Assembly: GCA_048939245.1 (NCBI GenBank) | Contig: JBHLPR010000003.1 | Span: 14,266-78,265, forward strand | DNA from: Promethearchaeota archaeon | Lineage (GTDB): Archaea > Asgardarchaeota > Hermodarchaeia > Hermodarchaeales > Hermodarchaeaceae | Direction: 5' to 3' | Length of the DNA stretch: 64,000 nt | In this document: piece by piece, positions 29,126-38,726 of the stretch | Numbering within the stretch: position 1 is the stretch's first letter | Layout: each line of letters starts with the position of its first letter | Notes under the pieces: model-generated | Databases searched by the model: none | What the model was told of the DNA's origin: nothing | The model's input: only the letters and a program-made list of their open reading frames with translations | Position numbers and translations under genes: made by a program

Positions 29126-29298
29126 ATACGTGAAGATTGATTGATTTCCAATGCATTTCGTAAGTTTTGAAGTTTTGCATTTATTGATCTTGGCAAGTAT
29201 TCTATATCACGGATTCAAAGCTTTTTGTTAGAATTGCTTATAAGGAACATTGACAGGAACTGAATAGTCGATTAATTATCGTCGAGGGATTTCAAAGT

Positions 29299-29547
29299 AT
29301 GACCCTTAGAGCAATCATTTTGATAGATGTTGACCCTCCCCTCACTGATTCTGTATTCGATTCACTCAAAGACTTGGCTGTCGTTAAAGAGATTTCATCA
29401 GTGTATGGAATCCATGACATCTTTTGCCTTATCGAGGTGGCTGACGAAGAAAAATTGAATGATTTCATATTCAAGAGACTCCGTCCAACTGAAGGAGTAA
29501 AAGAAACATTAACCCTTATGGTGTCAAACAGCATCCGAAAGGACTAA
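29299..29547 (+). CDS. stand-alone Lrp/AsnC C-terminal (RAM-like) ligand-binding domain protein
   Basis: 82 aa. The pattern resembles the AsnC C-terminal domain. Confidence 0.4.
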   Translation: MTLRAIILIDVDPPLTDSVFDSLKDLAVVKEISSVYGIHDIFCLIEVADEEKLNDFIFKRLRPTEGVKETLTLMVSNSIRKD

Positions 29548-29689
29548 TCTAACAGCTAGTCAGCCTTTGTTTTTTATGATTGCAAAGAATGCGGAATATC
29601 AAGGGAAAAGAATGTAGGTTTTTTCTTCATAATTGCGGAGTTTAAATAATTTCTACTAGTCTCCCTTCTGAAGGAAGCGAAGGGATAAG

Positions 29690-29790
29690 GATGTAATGTT
29701 GTGTCCGCATCGTTCCTCGCCCTCCCCTCGCTCCCCCTACCTCCCCTACCTTCCCCTCTTTTCAATCGCACCTTCGCTTCCTTCTCTAAT
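29690..29790. promoter_or_regulatory. pyrimidine-rich (C/T) low-complexity tract, G-run-rich on the complementary strand, in the 5' region of the small GTPase gene
   Basis: cctcgccctcccctcgctccccctacctcccctaccttcccctc. The complement carries GGGG/GGGGG/GGG runs (G-quadruplex potential). Overlaps only a presumed-spurious antisense ORF (29574-30029). Confidence 0.35.
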
Positions 29791-29883
29791 TTCTTCAAAC
29801 CATTTTCCCCAGCTTGATTGTCATCTTGAATATTCTTTAGACATAAGACTATTAGATATGCTGTAGCACAGTGGGACATTGAG

Positions 29884-30471
29884 GTGCGGTCAATCTCACA
29901 AAATCCTGAAAATTCCAACTCCCCGAATGTGGTAGCTGCAGAGAAAGCAGGCTTCGTTGTGAAAGTAATTATAGTGGGGGATTGGGGTGTGGGAAAAACG
30001 AGTCTTATTCGAAGATTTGCTGAAAACAAGTTCGACCATGACTACAAACCCAGCATCGGCGTTAACATCGTCACCAAAGTTGTCGATGTAGCTGGAAGAA
30101 AATTAAAACTGCAACTATTCGATACAGGTGGACAAGAACGCTTTCAATCCCTTCGACAAAGGTATTACAAAGGGGCAAACGCAGTCATATTCGTCTTTGA
30201 CATAACAAGGCCTTCATCAGCATCAGCGATTGAATCCAAATGGTTAGATGAGGTGAAATCAATTCTCGGTGAAGATTTTGTACGGGTGGTTTTAGCGAAT
30301 AAAACGGATTTAGAATCTGGCCGAGCCGTATCTGAATATGCCGCTCAACAAGCCACTGATCGAATTCAAGGCAAGTATTATGAAACCAGTGCCTTAGATG
30401 GCCGGAATGTCACCGAGGCATTTTCTGAATTAGCTGCCGAATTAATGGAAAAACTCTTTCCGGAGGTATAA
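29884..30471 (+). CDS. Ras-superfamily small GTPase (Rab/Ras-like)
   Basis: G1 GDWGVGKTSL, switch II/G3 DTGGQERF, G4 NKTDL, G5 ETSAL. About 170-aa G-domain. N-terminal about 25 aa uncertain (true start may be internal). Confidence 0.8.
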   Translation: MRSISQNPENSNSPNVVAAEKAGFVVKVIIVGDWGVGKTSLIRRFAENKFDHDYKPSIGVNIVTKVVDVAGRKLKLQLFDTGGQERFQSLRQRYYKGANAVIFVFDITRPSSASAIESKWLDEVKSILGEDFVRVVLANKTDLESGRAVSEYAAQQATDRIQGKYYETSALDGRNVTEAFSELAAELMEKLFPEV

Positions 30472-30475
30472 CTCT

Positions 30476-31699
30476 TTGAAATCCCGAATTTCGGAGATAG
30501 GTGAAGAATATATCCAACTAGCCTTTCAAGTCGATTATTTCCTCAAAAACCAGATTGGAGAGGACACTATAATTGTCGATAGTTATTTTGGTCCACCCGA
30601 ACTCAAACCCGAAATACACACTGTGGACCCAGATCTCTTACTAAAATCAATCCATCAGCTCCGCGAAAAAATCAAAAAACGAATAAAAGAACATCCGCAA
30701 AGAACCTATCTGATTAAACAATTAGATGCTCTAGCCCTTCTTGTGAAATATGGTCTTAATGAAAAGGTCACCTTCAGCGAAAGAGTAAAGACGGGATTAG
30801 ACGTCGATGTCGTCGTTATTTCAAATGAACGCATCGATGAGCTAAATGAACAGGCATATCGCGCCCTTCGAAAAGAGGTCCTGAAAGGGGACCTTACTAC
30901 CATGGCGACCAGCTGGCGAAGACGAGCAATGACGACAGGCGCTGAGATTGTTCCTCTTGCACAGGATGTGGCAGCAGAGGCTAGACAAGCCACAGAACAA
31001 GTTCTTTTCAAACTACCTAGAGAAGAAGCGGTCGAGTTTCATGCAGTGCCCACCGCTCCGTGGAGCGCTTATAACTATTATAAGGGAAATTATAAGGCAA
31101 TTATTGAAATTAATATCGAGTTACCACGGAGCAAATACACTATTTGGAAATGGGTAACCCACGAAACCTATCCAGGGCATCAAACCCAATTAGTCCAGCG
31201 AGAAGCAGGTTTTCATAAAGACTTACATAATCTCGAAGCAACGATTGCAATAATTAATACTCCTGAATGCACCATAGCTGAAGGATTAGCTGAAGCTGGC
31301 TCAGATCTCCTAAGTACAGCTCGTCCACTGACAAAACCTGAAACGGTTTCATCCTATCTGTTACAACTTCGACGAGCCGTAGGTATCAATGCATTGGTAA
31401 TGCTTCAGGAAAAACAAACTAGTGAATCCGAAGTTGTGGAATACATCAAAGATCTTGGAGCTTATGAAGAAGATTATGCAAAGGCTCGAATACCCTTCAT
31501 GACGGATCCAATGTGGGCTCCCTATGGATACACCTACCTTATCGGAGCCTGGTTAGTACGTGGTTTCTTCAAAGCTGCGCAAGAAGCTCACCTCATTGAT
31601 GAATTCATCAAAGCCCTCTATTTGGAAGTCCACACTCCTTCAACACTCAAATCACGGATTTCCAAACTTGAATTAAAACTACCCAAGCAAATCATCTAA
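30476..31699 (+). CDS. hypothetical protein with a DUF885-like HExxPGHxxQ motif (putative metallo-hydrolase)
   Basis: 407 aa. WVTHETYPGHQTQLV resembles the conserved motif of the DUF885 family. Starts 4 bp after the GTPase stop (likely operon). Confidence 0.4.
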   Translation: MKSRISEIGEEYIQLAFQVDYFLKNQIGEDTIIVDSYFGPPELKPEIHTVDPDLLLKSIHQLREKIKKRIKEHPQRTYLIKQLDALALLVKYGLNEKVTFSERVKTGLDVDVVVISNERIDELNEQAYRALRKEVLKGDLTTMATSWRRRAMTTGAEIVPLAQDVAAEARQATEQVLFKLPREEAVEFHAVPTAPWSAYNYYKGNYKAIIEINIELPRSKYTIWKWVTHETYPGHQTQLVQREAGFHKDLHNLEATIAIINTPECTIAEGLAEAGSDLLSTARPLTKPETVSSYLLQLRRAVGINALVMLQEKQTSESEVVEYIKDLGAYEEDYAKARIPFMTDPMWAPYGYTYLIGAWLVRGFFKAAQEAHLIDEFIKALYLEVHTPSTLKSRISKLELKLPKQII

Positions 31700-31757
31700 A
31701 ACTTCGAAGGGAAGACCCAAATACCAGTTTAACCGTCATTTCAATTGAAGGATTAAT

Positions 31758-32663
31758 ATGGCTATTGAAGGGGTTTCACCAGTCGTCAACACTTTCTTTG
31801 GGACAACAACAGACCCTTCATCAGCAGTTTTTGTGTTCATGGGAGTGCCATTTGATAAAACCAGTACTCACCGTCTTGGAGCAAAACACGGTCCTGCGGC
31901 AATCCGTACAGCCTCACAGGCGATTGAAAGTTTTTGTTTACAAGAACAAAATACTATTGATGCTGCTCTTCTCCCAATCGCTGATATCGGTGACGTCATA
32001 TTTGGCCAGAACTCAGTCCAAAGCATGCTGCGTGCCGTAGAATCAGTAGTGGGACAAATCACTCAACAAGAAAAGACCCCACTTCTCCTTGGAGGCGAAC
32101 ACACCCTCACCCTCGCAGCAGTTCGCGCCTTACCACGTGATATTATATTACTTCAATTTGATGCTCATATGGATTTACGCGACCGCTTCAATGACCAAGA
32201 GTTTTCTCATGCTTGCGTACAACGACGAATTGTCGAGCAACTGGGTCCTGATCATCTCATCCAAATCGGCGTAAGAGCTGTGTCTGAAGAGGAATACGAT
32301 TATGCTCAGGAACACAATATTACATTTTACACCTGTGATGCGATTAGAAAGGAAGGGGCTGCTACAATAGCCCATCGAATTAATGAGGCAATTCCTCCCG
32401 GTCCACCGATATACCTTTCTATAGACATGGACGTCTTAGATCCAGCTTATGCTCCCGCAGTAGGGAACCCAGAAGCCGGAGGAATATCAACCTCCCAATT
32501 ACTTACAATCCTCCGCGTTATCGCGCCACGTGCTAAGATTTTTGATATCTCTGAAATTACTCCTCAATACGATCAAGGTATCACCGCTATTGCTGCTGCT
32601 CGAATTATCACCACATTCCTTTGTGTTCAAGCCAACCGTCTTAGCCAAGCTTCTTCGAAATGA
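31758..32663 (+). CDS. speB: agmatinase/arginase-family ureohydrolase
   Basis: GGEHTLT, DAHMDLRD, SIDMDVLDPAYAP motifs (binuclear Mn site). Confidence 0.8.
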   Translation: MAIEGVSPVVNTFFGTTTDPSSAVFVFMGVPFDKTSTHRLGAKHGPAAIRTASQAIESFCLQEQNTIDAALLPIADIGDVIFGQNSVQSMLRAVESVVGQITQQEKTPLLLGGEHTLTLAAVRALPRDIILLQFDAHMDLRDRFNDQEFSHACVQRRIVEQLGPDHLIQIGVRAVSEEEYDYAQEHNITFYTCDAIRKEGAATIAHRINEAIPPGPPIYLSIDMDVLDPAYAPAVGNPEAGGISTSQLLTILRVIAPRAKIFDISEITPQYDQGITAIAAARIITTFLCVQANRLSQASSK

Positions 32664-32769
32664 TATTTACTTTTAGCATACAGTTTTTTTATCTCATTAA
32701 ATTTCAGTGGGGAAAAGCCTTAAAGTTCAAAACCATAGGAGCAAACCAATCAAGAATGGGTGAAATTCG

Positions 32770-33783
32770 GTGTCAGATATTCTTGGTGTATTAGGTCAGC
32801 TAGGATCACAAGTAGATGAAAAAATGCTCGAACTTCTTGCTGTAGGTGCCTCAAAGGACTTCCAGGAGGTGGTCTTTCATCAGGTTCAAGCTGGCGGAAA
32901 ACGTATTCGACCGGCCTTGACACTTCTATTTTGTCAAGCTGTAGGTGGGGATATTAATGATGCCTTATCTACAGCCGCGGCTATCGAATTAGTCCACAAC
33001 TACTCACTGATCCTCGACGATATCATCGATGATGCTTACATACGACGAAATCTCCCCACGACATGGACCAAATACGGTCTCAACTTTGGTGTTTTAGCAT
33101 CGACTCATTATCGGGAAGCCATTGAGGAAGGCGTGCTTCAATCTCCTAACCACTCAGCAATCTCACGAATTATCGCAGATACTATTCGCGAACTAGTCGA
33201 AGGCGAACGACTAGATGTTCTATTCGAACAACTACCAAGCGAAGAAGAATATACGGAGAAACACCGCTATCGTGATGTCAGCTTAGATGATTATGAAACC
33301 ATGATAGGATACAAAACAGCCTCATTAATCCGCGCCGCATGTGAAGTTGGAGTAATCTGTGCAGGAGGTTCAGAAAAACAACAAGAAGCTGCAAGAGAAT
33401 TTGGCTGGAAGGCTGGCATCGCCTTTCAGCTAGCTGATGATGTACTCGATCTTTTTGCCGAAGAAATGAAACTTGGAAAAAAATTGGGTAAAGATATCTA
33501 TGAACATAAACTGGGTAATGCTGTGATTTTGCGAGCTCTTCCTCTTCTGTCTCCTGATGACCGCGGCTTCGTTCTCAAGGTTCTTCGCTCTCCAAAACCT
33601 AATGAATCCGATGTTAAAGAAGTGATCAAACTCTTTAAACAAACTAAGGCTAGTGAACAAGTACGAGAACTAGCAAAACAGCTGGTTGAAGAAGCAAAAA
33701 AGGCACTCAAACATTTTCCAAATAAAGATGCAACCGCGTTACTTGAAAATCTAGTCGCCTTTATCTATCAACGCTCCTTCTAA
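32770..33783 (+). CDS. trans-isoprenyl diphosphate synthase (GGPP synthase-type)
   Basis: First aspartate-rich motif LILDDIIDD, second QLADDVLD, and KR.RP substrate lysine/arginine motif. Confidence 0.8.
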   Translation: MSDILGVLGQLGSQVDEKMLELLAVGASKDFQEVVFHQVQAGGKRIRPALTLLFCQAVGGDINDALSTAAAIELVHNYSLILDDIIDDAYIRRNLPTTWTKYGLNFGVLASTHYREAIEEGVLQSPNHSAISRIIADTIRELVEGERLDVLFEQLPSEEEYTEKHRYRDVSLDDYETMIGYKTASLIRAACEVGVICAGGSEKQQEAAREFGWKAGIAFQLADDVLDLFAEEMKLGKKLGKDIYEHKLGNAVILRALPLLSPDDRGFVLKVLRSPKPNESDVKEVIKLFKQTKASEQVRELAKQLVEEAKKALKHFPNKDATALLENLVAFIYQRSF

Positions 33784-33799
33784 GGATTTGAAATGGGGG

Positions 33800-34852
33800 T
33801 TAATCCAATCCATCGGTTTCCATCAGTGCTCGAAGCTCTTGCATACTTAGTTTCTGTCCTGCTTGCTGCTTCGCCTTAGCTTGTTCAGCCATTTTTTCCA
33901 TCACAACTTTCTCTCGTGCCTGGCGAGACGCTTTACGTTTGTTTCGAATTGCATCCAATTGGGTTTTCAGTCTATTTTCTTGTCCTCGTAAGACCTCCAA
34001 TCGGTCACGCATCTCATCTGCTTCTTGGAGGCATTTAACATACATTTGATGAGCCTCATCAATCTCTGTTCGAGCAGGACCAAGACCTTGCGATAGTTGA
34101 ATGATGCTCTGATGAGTTTGTTGCGCCTCTTCCACGAGGGCTATCATTTTTTCATGATGCTCTTGGGCTCTATCTCTAATTTCCTGTATCTCCTGCCATA
34201 GTTGGCTCATTTCATCTGTATAGTTTGATGTCATTGATTCTTGCGGAGAGGCAGTTTCCATTGCCTTCGATAACCGTTGCAATTCCTCTAAGAGGGCTCT
34301 TTCTTCATCTACCGTGAGTGAAGTGGTCTGTTGTTGCCATTCTAACTCTCGAAACTGCTGTTGCAAATCTTCCAATGGGATTAAATCACCCTGTTTTTCG
34401 CGCTGAGATTTTAATTTCTGTAGTTGTTCCTGTAATTGGTGAGCCTGTTCATTGGCTTCATCTCGTAACGTTTTTTGCCGTTGAACTTCTGCATTCAATT
34501 CATCTCTTTTTGTTCGTTGATCGGACATTTCATTATGGGCTACTGGGGTTTCAGATCGTAGCTCATCTCTTCTATCACGCCATTCCCAGGCTCTATTTCG
34601 AGCATCTTTAATTCCACGTAACAACACACGTATCGCTGCTTGCACTTTTCGAAGTTGATCCAGAATGATCCCAAATTCATCTTTTTCCGTCTCGGAATCC
34701 TTGGCCATATTATCCACATTAGTCTTGATTATATGCTGTAATGATTCTTGTAGCACAGGACTACTTTGCCTAAATCTTTTTGGTCTCAGAAATAAGTAGA
34801 CCTGAAAAGGGGCTAATTCAATGACAATCCCTCTCTTAAATATGGACGACAA
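33800..34852 (-). CDS. coiled-coil protein of unknown function
   Basis: 350 aa, Q/E/R/L-rich heptad-like sequence throughout. 3' overlap of 32 bp with the start of the divergent M24 gene ORF. Confidence 0.4.
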   Translation of the reverse strand: MSSIFKRGIVIELAPFQVYLFLRPKRFRQSSPVLQESLQHIIKTNVDNMAKDSETEKDEFGIILDQLRKVQAAIRVLLRGIKDARNRAWEWRDRRDELRSETPVAHNEMSDQRTKRDELNAEVQRQKTLRDEANEQAHQLQEQLQKLKSQREKQGDLIPLEDLQQQFRELEWQQQTTSLTVDEERALLEELQRLSKAMETASPQESMTSNYTDEMSQLWQEIQEIRDRAQEHHEKMIALVEEAQQTHQSIIQLSQGLGPARTEIDEAHQMYVKCLQEADEMRDRLEVLRGQENRLKTQLDAIRNKRKASRQAREKVVMEKMAEQAKAKQQAGQKLSMQELRALMETDGLD

Positions 34853-35969
34853 AATTCAACTCGTCAGACAGTATATGAACGACTTCAACATTGATGGCTG
34901 GCTTATAATTGATTTTAGAGGAACTGACCCAACGGGACCAGCATTGCTCGGAAATCTTGCTCCCCATTCGCGCTTATATGCAATTCTCATCACGGCTTCC
35001 GGTCCTATTACCATAATCAAATCTCCTGTCGAAGGGAACGAATTAATCGATCTCCACCCCTCGATCAACACCATTGACACCCTGACCCAAACAGCTTTCA
35101 TGCAGGCTATCCGACAACAGGTCAAAGGCTTTGAACGTATTGCATTGAACTGTGGTAAGAATCCTCAAACAGATGTCTTACCCGCAGGTAGATTCATCCA
35201 CCTTCAACAAGTGCTACCTAAAATGAATTGGGAAACCGGAGAAAACTTGATGCAAATAATCCATTCAGTGCTTACGCCAGCGCAAATGGAAAGTCACAAA
35301 CATGCCGCTCATACACTCACCAATATTATGGGACAAACATTCGATTTCATCAAAGATCGAATCGGTTCTATTACAGAAGCCCAGGTTGCTAATTACATGC
35401 ATGACCTTCTCCGAAAAGAAAAATTAACCTTCCTTGAAGGACCAATGGTTGCAGTGCAAGCTAATGCTGCGAATCCACATTACACTCCGGGAAATGTTAG
35501 GATTAGGAAGAACCAGATACTAATGATTGATCTTTGGGCAAAATGGGACATATATGCTGATATCACACACATGGCTTTTACCGGATCGAAAGTTCCCACC
35601 AAGATTCAGACTGTCTGGGATACAGTCCTTGAAGCTCGAAATACAGCAACAGCAGCTATTAAACCAAATATTCCTGCCAGTATTCCCGATGAGCTGGCTC
35701 GTGAAGTCATTATCGCCGCAGGGTTCGAAAAAGAGATACTACATCGAACAGGACATAGTATCGATACTAGATCTCATGGTCAAGGAGCAAATTTAGACAG
35801 CTATGAAATGCCCGAAACACGTCTTTTACTCCCCAATACACTCACATCCGTTGAACCTGGAATCTATCTAAAAGGACGGTTTGGAATTCGAAGTGAAATC
35901 AACGTTGCAGTCACAGATACAGGGCACCTTGTTACAACTCCCCCACAAGAAAACTTATTGTGCTTGTAA
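34821..35969 (+). CDS. M24-family metallopeptidase (Xaa-Pro aminopeptidase/prolidase-like)
   Basis: Pita-bread C-domain motifs: DLWAKWDIYADITHMAF, HRTGHSID, EPGIYLKGRFGIRSEINVAVT. Confidence 0.75.
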   Translation: MTIPLLNMDDKIQLVRQYMNDFNIDGWLIIDFRGTDPTGPALLGNLAPHSRLYAILITASGPITIIKSPVEGNELIDLHPSINTIDTLTQTAFMQAIRQQVKGFERIALNCGKNPQTDVLPAGRFIHLQQVLPKMNWETGENLMQIIHSVLTPAQMESHKHAAHTLTNIMGQTFDFIKDRIGSITEAQVANYMHDLLRKEKLTFLEGPMVAVQANAANPHYTPGNVRIRKNQILMIDLWAKWDIYADITHMAFTGSKVPTKIQTVWDTVLEARNTATAAIKPNIPASIPDELAREVIIAAGFEKEILHRTGHSIDTRSHGQGANLDSYEMPETRLLLPNTLTSVEPGIYLKGRFGIRSEINVAVTDTGHLVTTPPQENLLCL

Positions 35970-36027
35970 TATAATATGGGAACGTTAGTTGCTATTCAAA
36001 TAATAGCATCCGGCGGGATGATGTATC

Positions 36028-36819
36028 ATGGCGGATAAATTTGTTTTATTGCTCGAGTTTTCTTCGGGAATCATCGAACCCCTTCCCCTTTCGGTTGGAG
36101 CCCTCACAGAAGATCGAATTGTGATAGTGATTGATGAAATCAAAGAACGTGTCTGGTTATGGCAAGGGACTACAACCACTCTTGTCGAACGCCGAGCAGC
36201 ACAACGTAAAGCACGCTCGCTTGTCAGTGCGGGATACCAACTTGGTCCATATCGAATTGGACGGGATGTAACCGATATCGAAATTATCGATGGTGATATT
36301 CTTGATGACCCTGAAATAAAAGGGTACTACGACCAATTAGTTCATACTCTAAGCCAAAATTTTAAAATCACCGAAGGTGTCCTTGGCAGGTTCAGTGGAA
36401 CCCTCTCTCCTGCTCCACAACCAACAGAAGGCGTGTCTGCGCCAACACCGAAACCCGCATCAACACCTACACCCATAGAAAAAAGTGTTCCAGCTCAAGA
36501 AGAGGTAATAAAAGTCGCTCCTGCTGCATCAACGACGGAAGTTGTTGCTCCGAAGCCGACTCGTGAATTACAGGATCTTGGGGTGATTCGGGTCGGAATT
36601 CTCATCTCTTCCATTCTCGACTTCTTCCCCATGTGTTATGTTAGTGCCACTAAAATCGAGGATGGTACACGCTATTCAATAGAAGACCCTGAAGGCATCA
36701 TCTGTCAAATTGAAGTGGCTAACGGTTCGGTTCATTTTCTCCAACGGTATGATTTTCGTGGAAGGCGCAAAGACATTCTTGGGATGCTCCGTGACCGATT
36801 AGCTGCCGCAGATCTTTAG
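36028..36819 (+). CDS. gelsolin-like domain protein (single N-terminal gelsolin domain + P/T/A-rich linker + unknown C-domain)
   Basis: RIVIVIDEIKERVWLWQGTTTTLVERRAAQRKARSLVSAGYQLG fits the gelsolin-repeat signature. Linker PAPQPTEGVSAPTPKPASTPTP. Confidence 0.5.
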   Translation: MADKFVLLLEFSSGIIEPLPLSVGALTEDRIVIVIDEIKERVWLWQGTTTTLVERRAAQRKARSLVSAGYQLGPYRIGRDVTDIEIIDGDILDDPEIKGYYDQLVHTLSQNFKITEGVLGRFSGTLSPAPQPTEGVSAPTPKPASTPTPIEKSVPAQEEVIKVAPAASTTEVVAPKPTRELQDLGVIRVGILISSILDFFPMCYVSATKIEDGTRYSIEDPEGIICQIEVANGSVHFLQRYDFRGRRKDILGMLRDRLAAADL

Positions 36820-36926
36820 CACATCCCTCTCAAAGGAAAATTTTTGCAGGAACTGTATTCAATACAACACGCAATTCAAGCACAGGGTCAACTTAATAAA
36901 TACGGTAACAAATTCTAAACCGACCC

Positions 36927-37766
36927 TTGACACAAAATACACTCTGCAGGTACCGAGCTAGTAATTCGGGGGTCAAAATTCCTCAAAGTAAGCAGCGCTT
37001 CGAACCCTTTTGGGTCAATCGGGATGTTATAAACATGACACGAATTATAATGTTGGAAATTGGAGGTCTAGGCTTTGTTCGATCTATTCGTCCTGGAGCT
37101 CGGAAGCTCCAGGGTGATGTCTGTGTCGCAGTGGTAGATGAACAAAATAAAGCCCTTTGGTTTTGGATGGGGAGCGGTGTTCAATACGATAAACGCCGGA
37201 CAGCGAAGGCAAAAGCTGAACAAATCACTTCGGAAGGGCATCGAATCGGGGATGAACATCTAGCTCGTGGATATACTCTTGTTCCCATAGACCAAGATAA
37301 GCTCGAGGACCCCACAACCTCCAATAACTACAATAACCTTATTGCACTCCTTGAAGCACCAATGGAAATCAATACGGTTGCTAATCCTAAAGGAACGCTA
37401 ATCATAGGGCAACTTCAAGTAGGTATTTCATCTGCTCCTGTATCCACAAGTACTCAAGCGCCTGCAGAAACTGCTCCCTCTCAAGTAAGTATTACTCCAG
37501 GGAAACCTGCTGTTCCAGCCACCACTAAAAAAACCACTAAATTAGATTTGGAAGCCGCTTTGATGGCTGTTATTCGTGTTCATCAACAGGTGCACATCGA
37601 GTATAAAAGCAAGGATGATACTGAAGAAATTACCATCGAAGGTATTGATGGGCTTACTCACAAAATGAAACGGAGCAAAGGAAAACTCACCTTCAAATGG
37701 GATTCAAAAACTCCGAAAGAGCTCAAACAATTGGTTGCCCATGAGCTCAAACGCATCGCAGGCTAA
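36927..37766 (+). CDS. gelsolin-like domain protein, paralog of 36028-36819
   Basis: VCVAVVDEQNKALWFWMGSGVQYDKRRTAKAKAEQITSEGHRIG. Similar S/T/A/P-rich linker and C-terminal domain. True start likely an internal Met (about 37036). Confidence 0.5.
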   Translation: MTQNTLCRYRASNSGVKIPQSKQRFEPFWVNRDVINMTRIIMLEIGGLGFVRSIRPGARKLQGDVCVAVVDEQNKALWFWMGSGVQYDKRRTAKAKAEQITSEGHRIGDEHLARGYTLVPIDQDKLEDPTTSNNYNNLIALLEAPMEINTVANPKGTLIIGQLQVGISSAPVSTSTQAPAETAPSQVSITPGKPAVPATTKKTTKLDLEAALMAVIRVHQQVHIEYKSKDDTEEITIEGIDGLTHKMKRSKGKLTFKWDSKTPKELKQLVAHELKRIAG

Positions 37767-37793
37767 TGCAGCATTGATTAAAGGCATGAAATA

Positions 37794-38366
37794 ATGAGCT
37801 CTCTTCTTTTTGCCTTGCTATTAATTGCTTCATATTCCCTCGTCGGGGGAGCTATCAAAGTACTGGACCAACTAACAGATCATCCAGAATCTTATCAAAG
37901 TCGCCACATCTATCTGTGGTTGCTAACAGTTATTCTAGTTATTCTAGTCAATATCTGTGTCTTCCTTGATGTCTATACTGCTGTCCTAGCAATTGGAGTA
38001 ATCTTAGGATTAATTGTGACACACAAAGTCGATAACAGATATTTCGTCGTTTTAACAATCACCATATTACCTCTAAGTATACTTCGGGTCTTAGGATTCG
38101 CATTTACTTCGTTCATTCTCCTAACTCTCCTCGCAGTTTTTATTGCCTCACTCTTTGATGAATTATTACACGAAAAAGCATCAAAGGTTTCAACCACTGC
38201 CTTACACACTCTTCTAACGTATCGCCCTATCTTGAAAATCTTGGTGTTAATCCTTCCTTTCTGGAATTTATTAACCTTCATTCACACTTTAGGATTCTGG
38301 GGGTTTGATTTTGCATATGAATTGGTTGCATACTACTTTCGCGCCTCTTCCCTTCCAGAAGCTTAA
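37794..38366 (+). CDS. polytopic membrane protein (about 5-6 TM), unknown function
   Basis: 190 aa hydrophobic ORF directly downstream of the gelsolin-like pair. Confidence 0.4.
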   Translation: MSSLLFALLLIASYSLVGGAIKVLDQLTDHPESYQSRHIYLWLLTVILVILVNICVFLDVYTAVLAIGVILGLIVTHKVDNRYFVVLTITILPLSILRVLGFAFTSFILLTLLAVFIASLFDELLHEKASKVSTTALHTLLTYRPILKILVLILPFWNLLTFIHTLGFWGFDFAYELVAYYFRASSLPEA

Positions 38367-38468
38367 GTTCACATAGATTAAACCTCCAAATCGAGTCCTT
38401 CTCTCCTGGTTTGGAAAGGTTTAAGTCGGCTCAATTGCCAAAGAAACACACAAAGGTGAGGCTAAACC

Positions 38469-38711
38469 ATGAAAGCAAATATCTCGCTTTCCTATAGGGG
38501 ATCAAGTCGTGAAGAGAATGCAACTAAGACTGGCTGGATTAATTTACTACTAAACCAACATGGACGGATAATTAGTAAATTACCTCTGGGGGAAGGACGA
38601 TATCATTTTGTCATTGAACTCGAGGACTTGGAACGATTTACCCAGTCCCTTTTTGAGTTCACACGGCAAAATCCTTGGCTACGTGTAGAAAAAGTCTCAA
38701 CTCACGCTTGA
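38469..38711 (+). CDS. hypothetical small protein (80 aa)
   Basis: ORF only; no motif. Confidence 0.3.
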   Translation: MKANISLSYRGSSREENATKTGWINLLLNQHGRIISKLPLGEGRYHFVIELEDLERFTQSLFEFTRQNPWLRVEKVSTHA

Positions 38712-38726
38712 GACCCTACAGGATTT

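Noticed and set aside
29574-30029. 151-aa minus-strand ORF with a GRGGRGSEGRA glycine/arginine-rich segment
   Set aside because: It is the antisense read-through of the polypyrimidine tract and of the GTPase N-terminus. Low complexity with no start context, so likely spurious.
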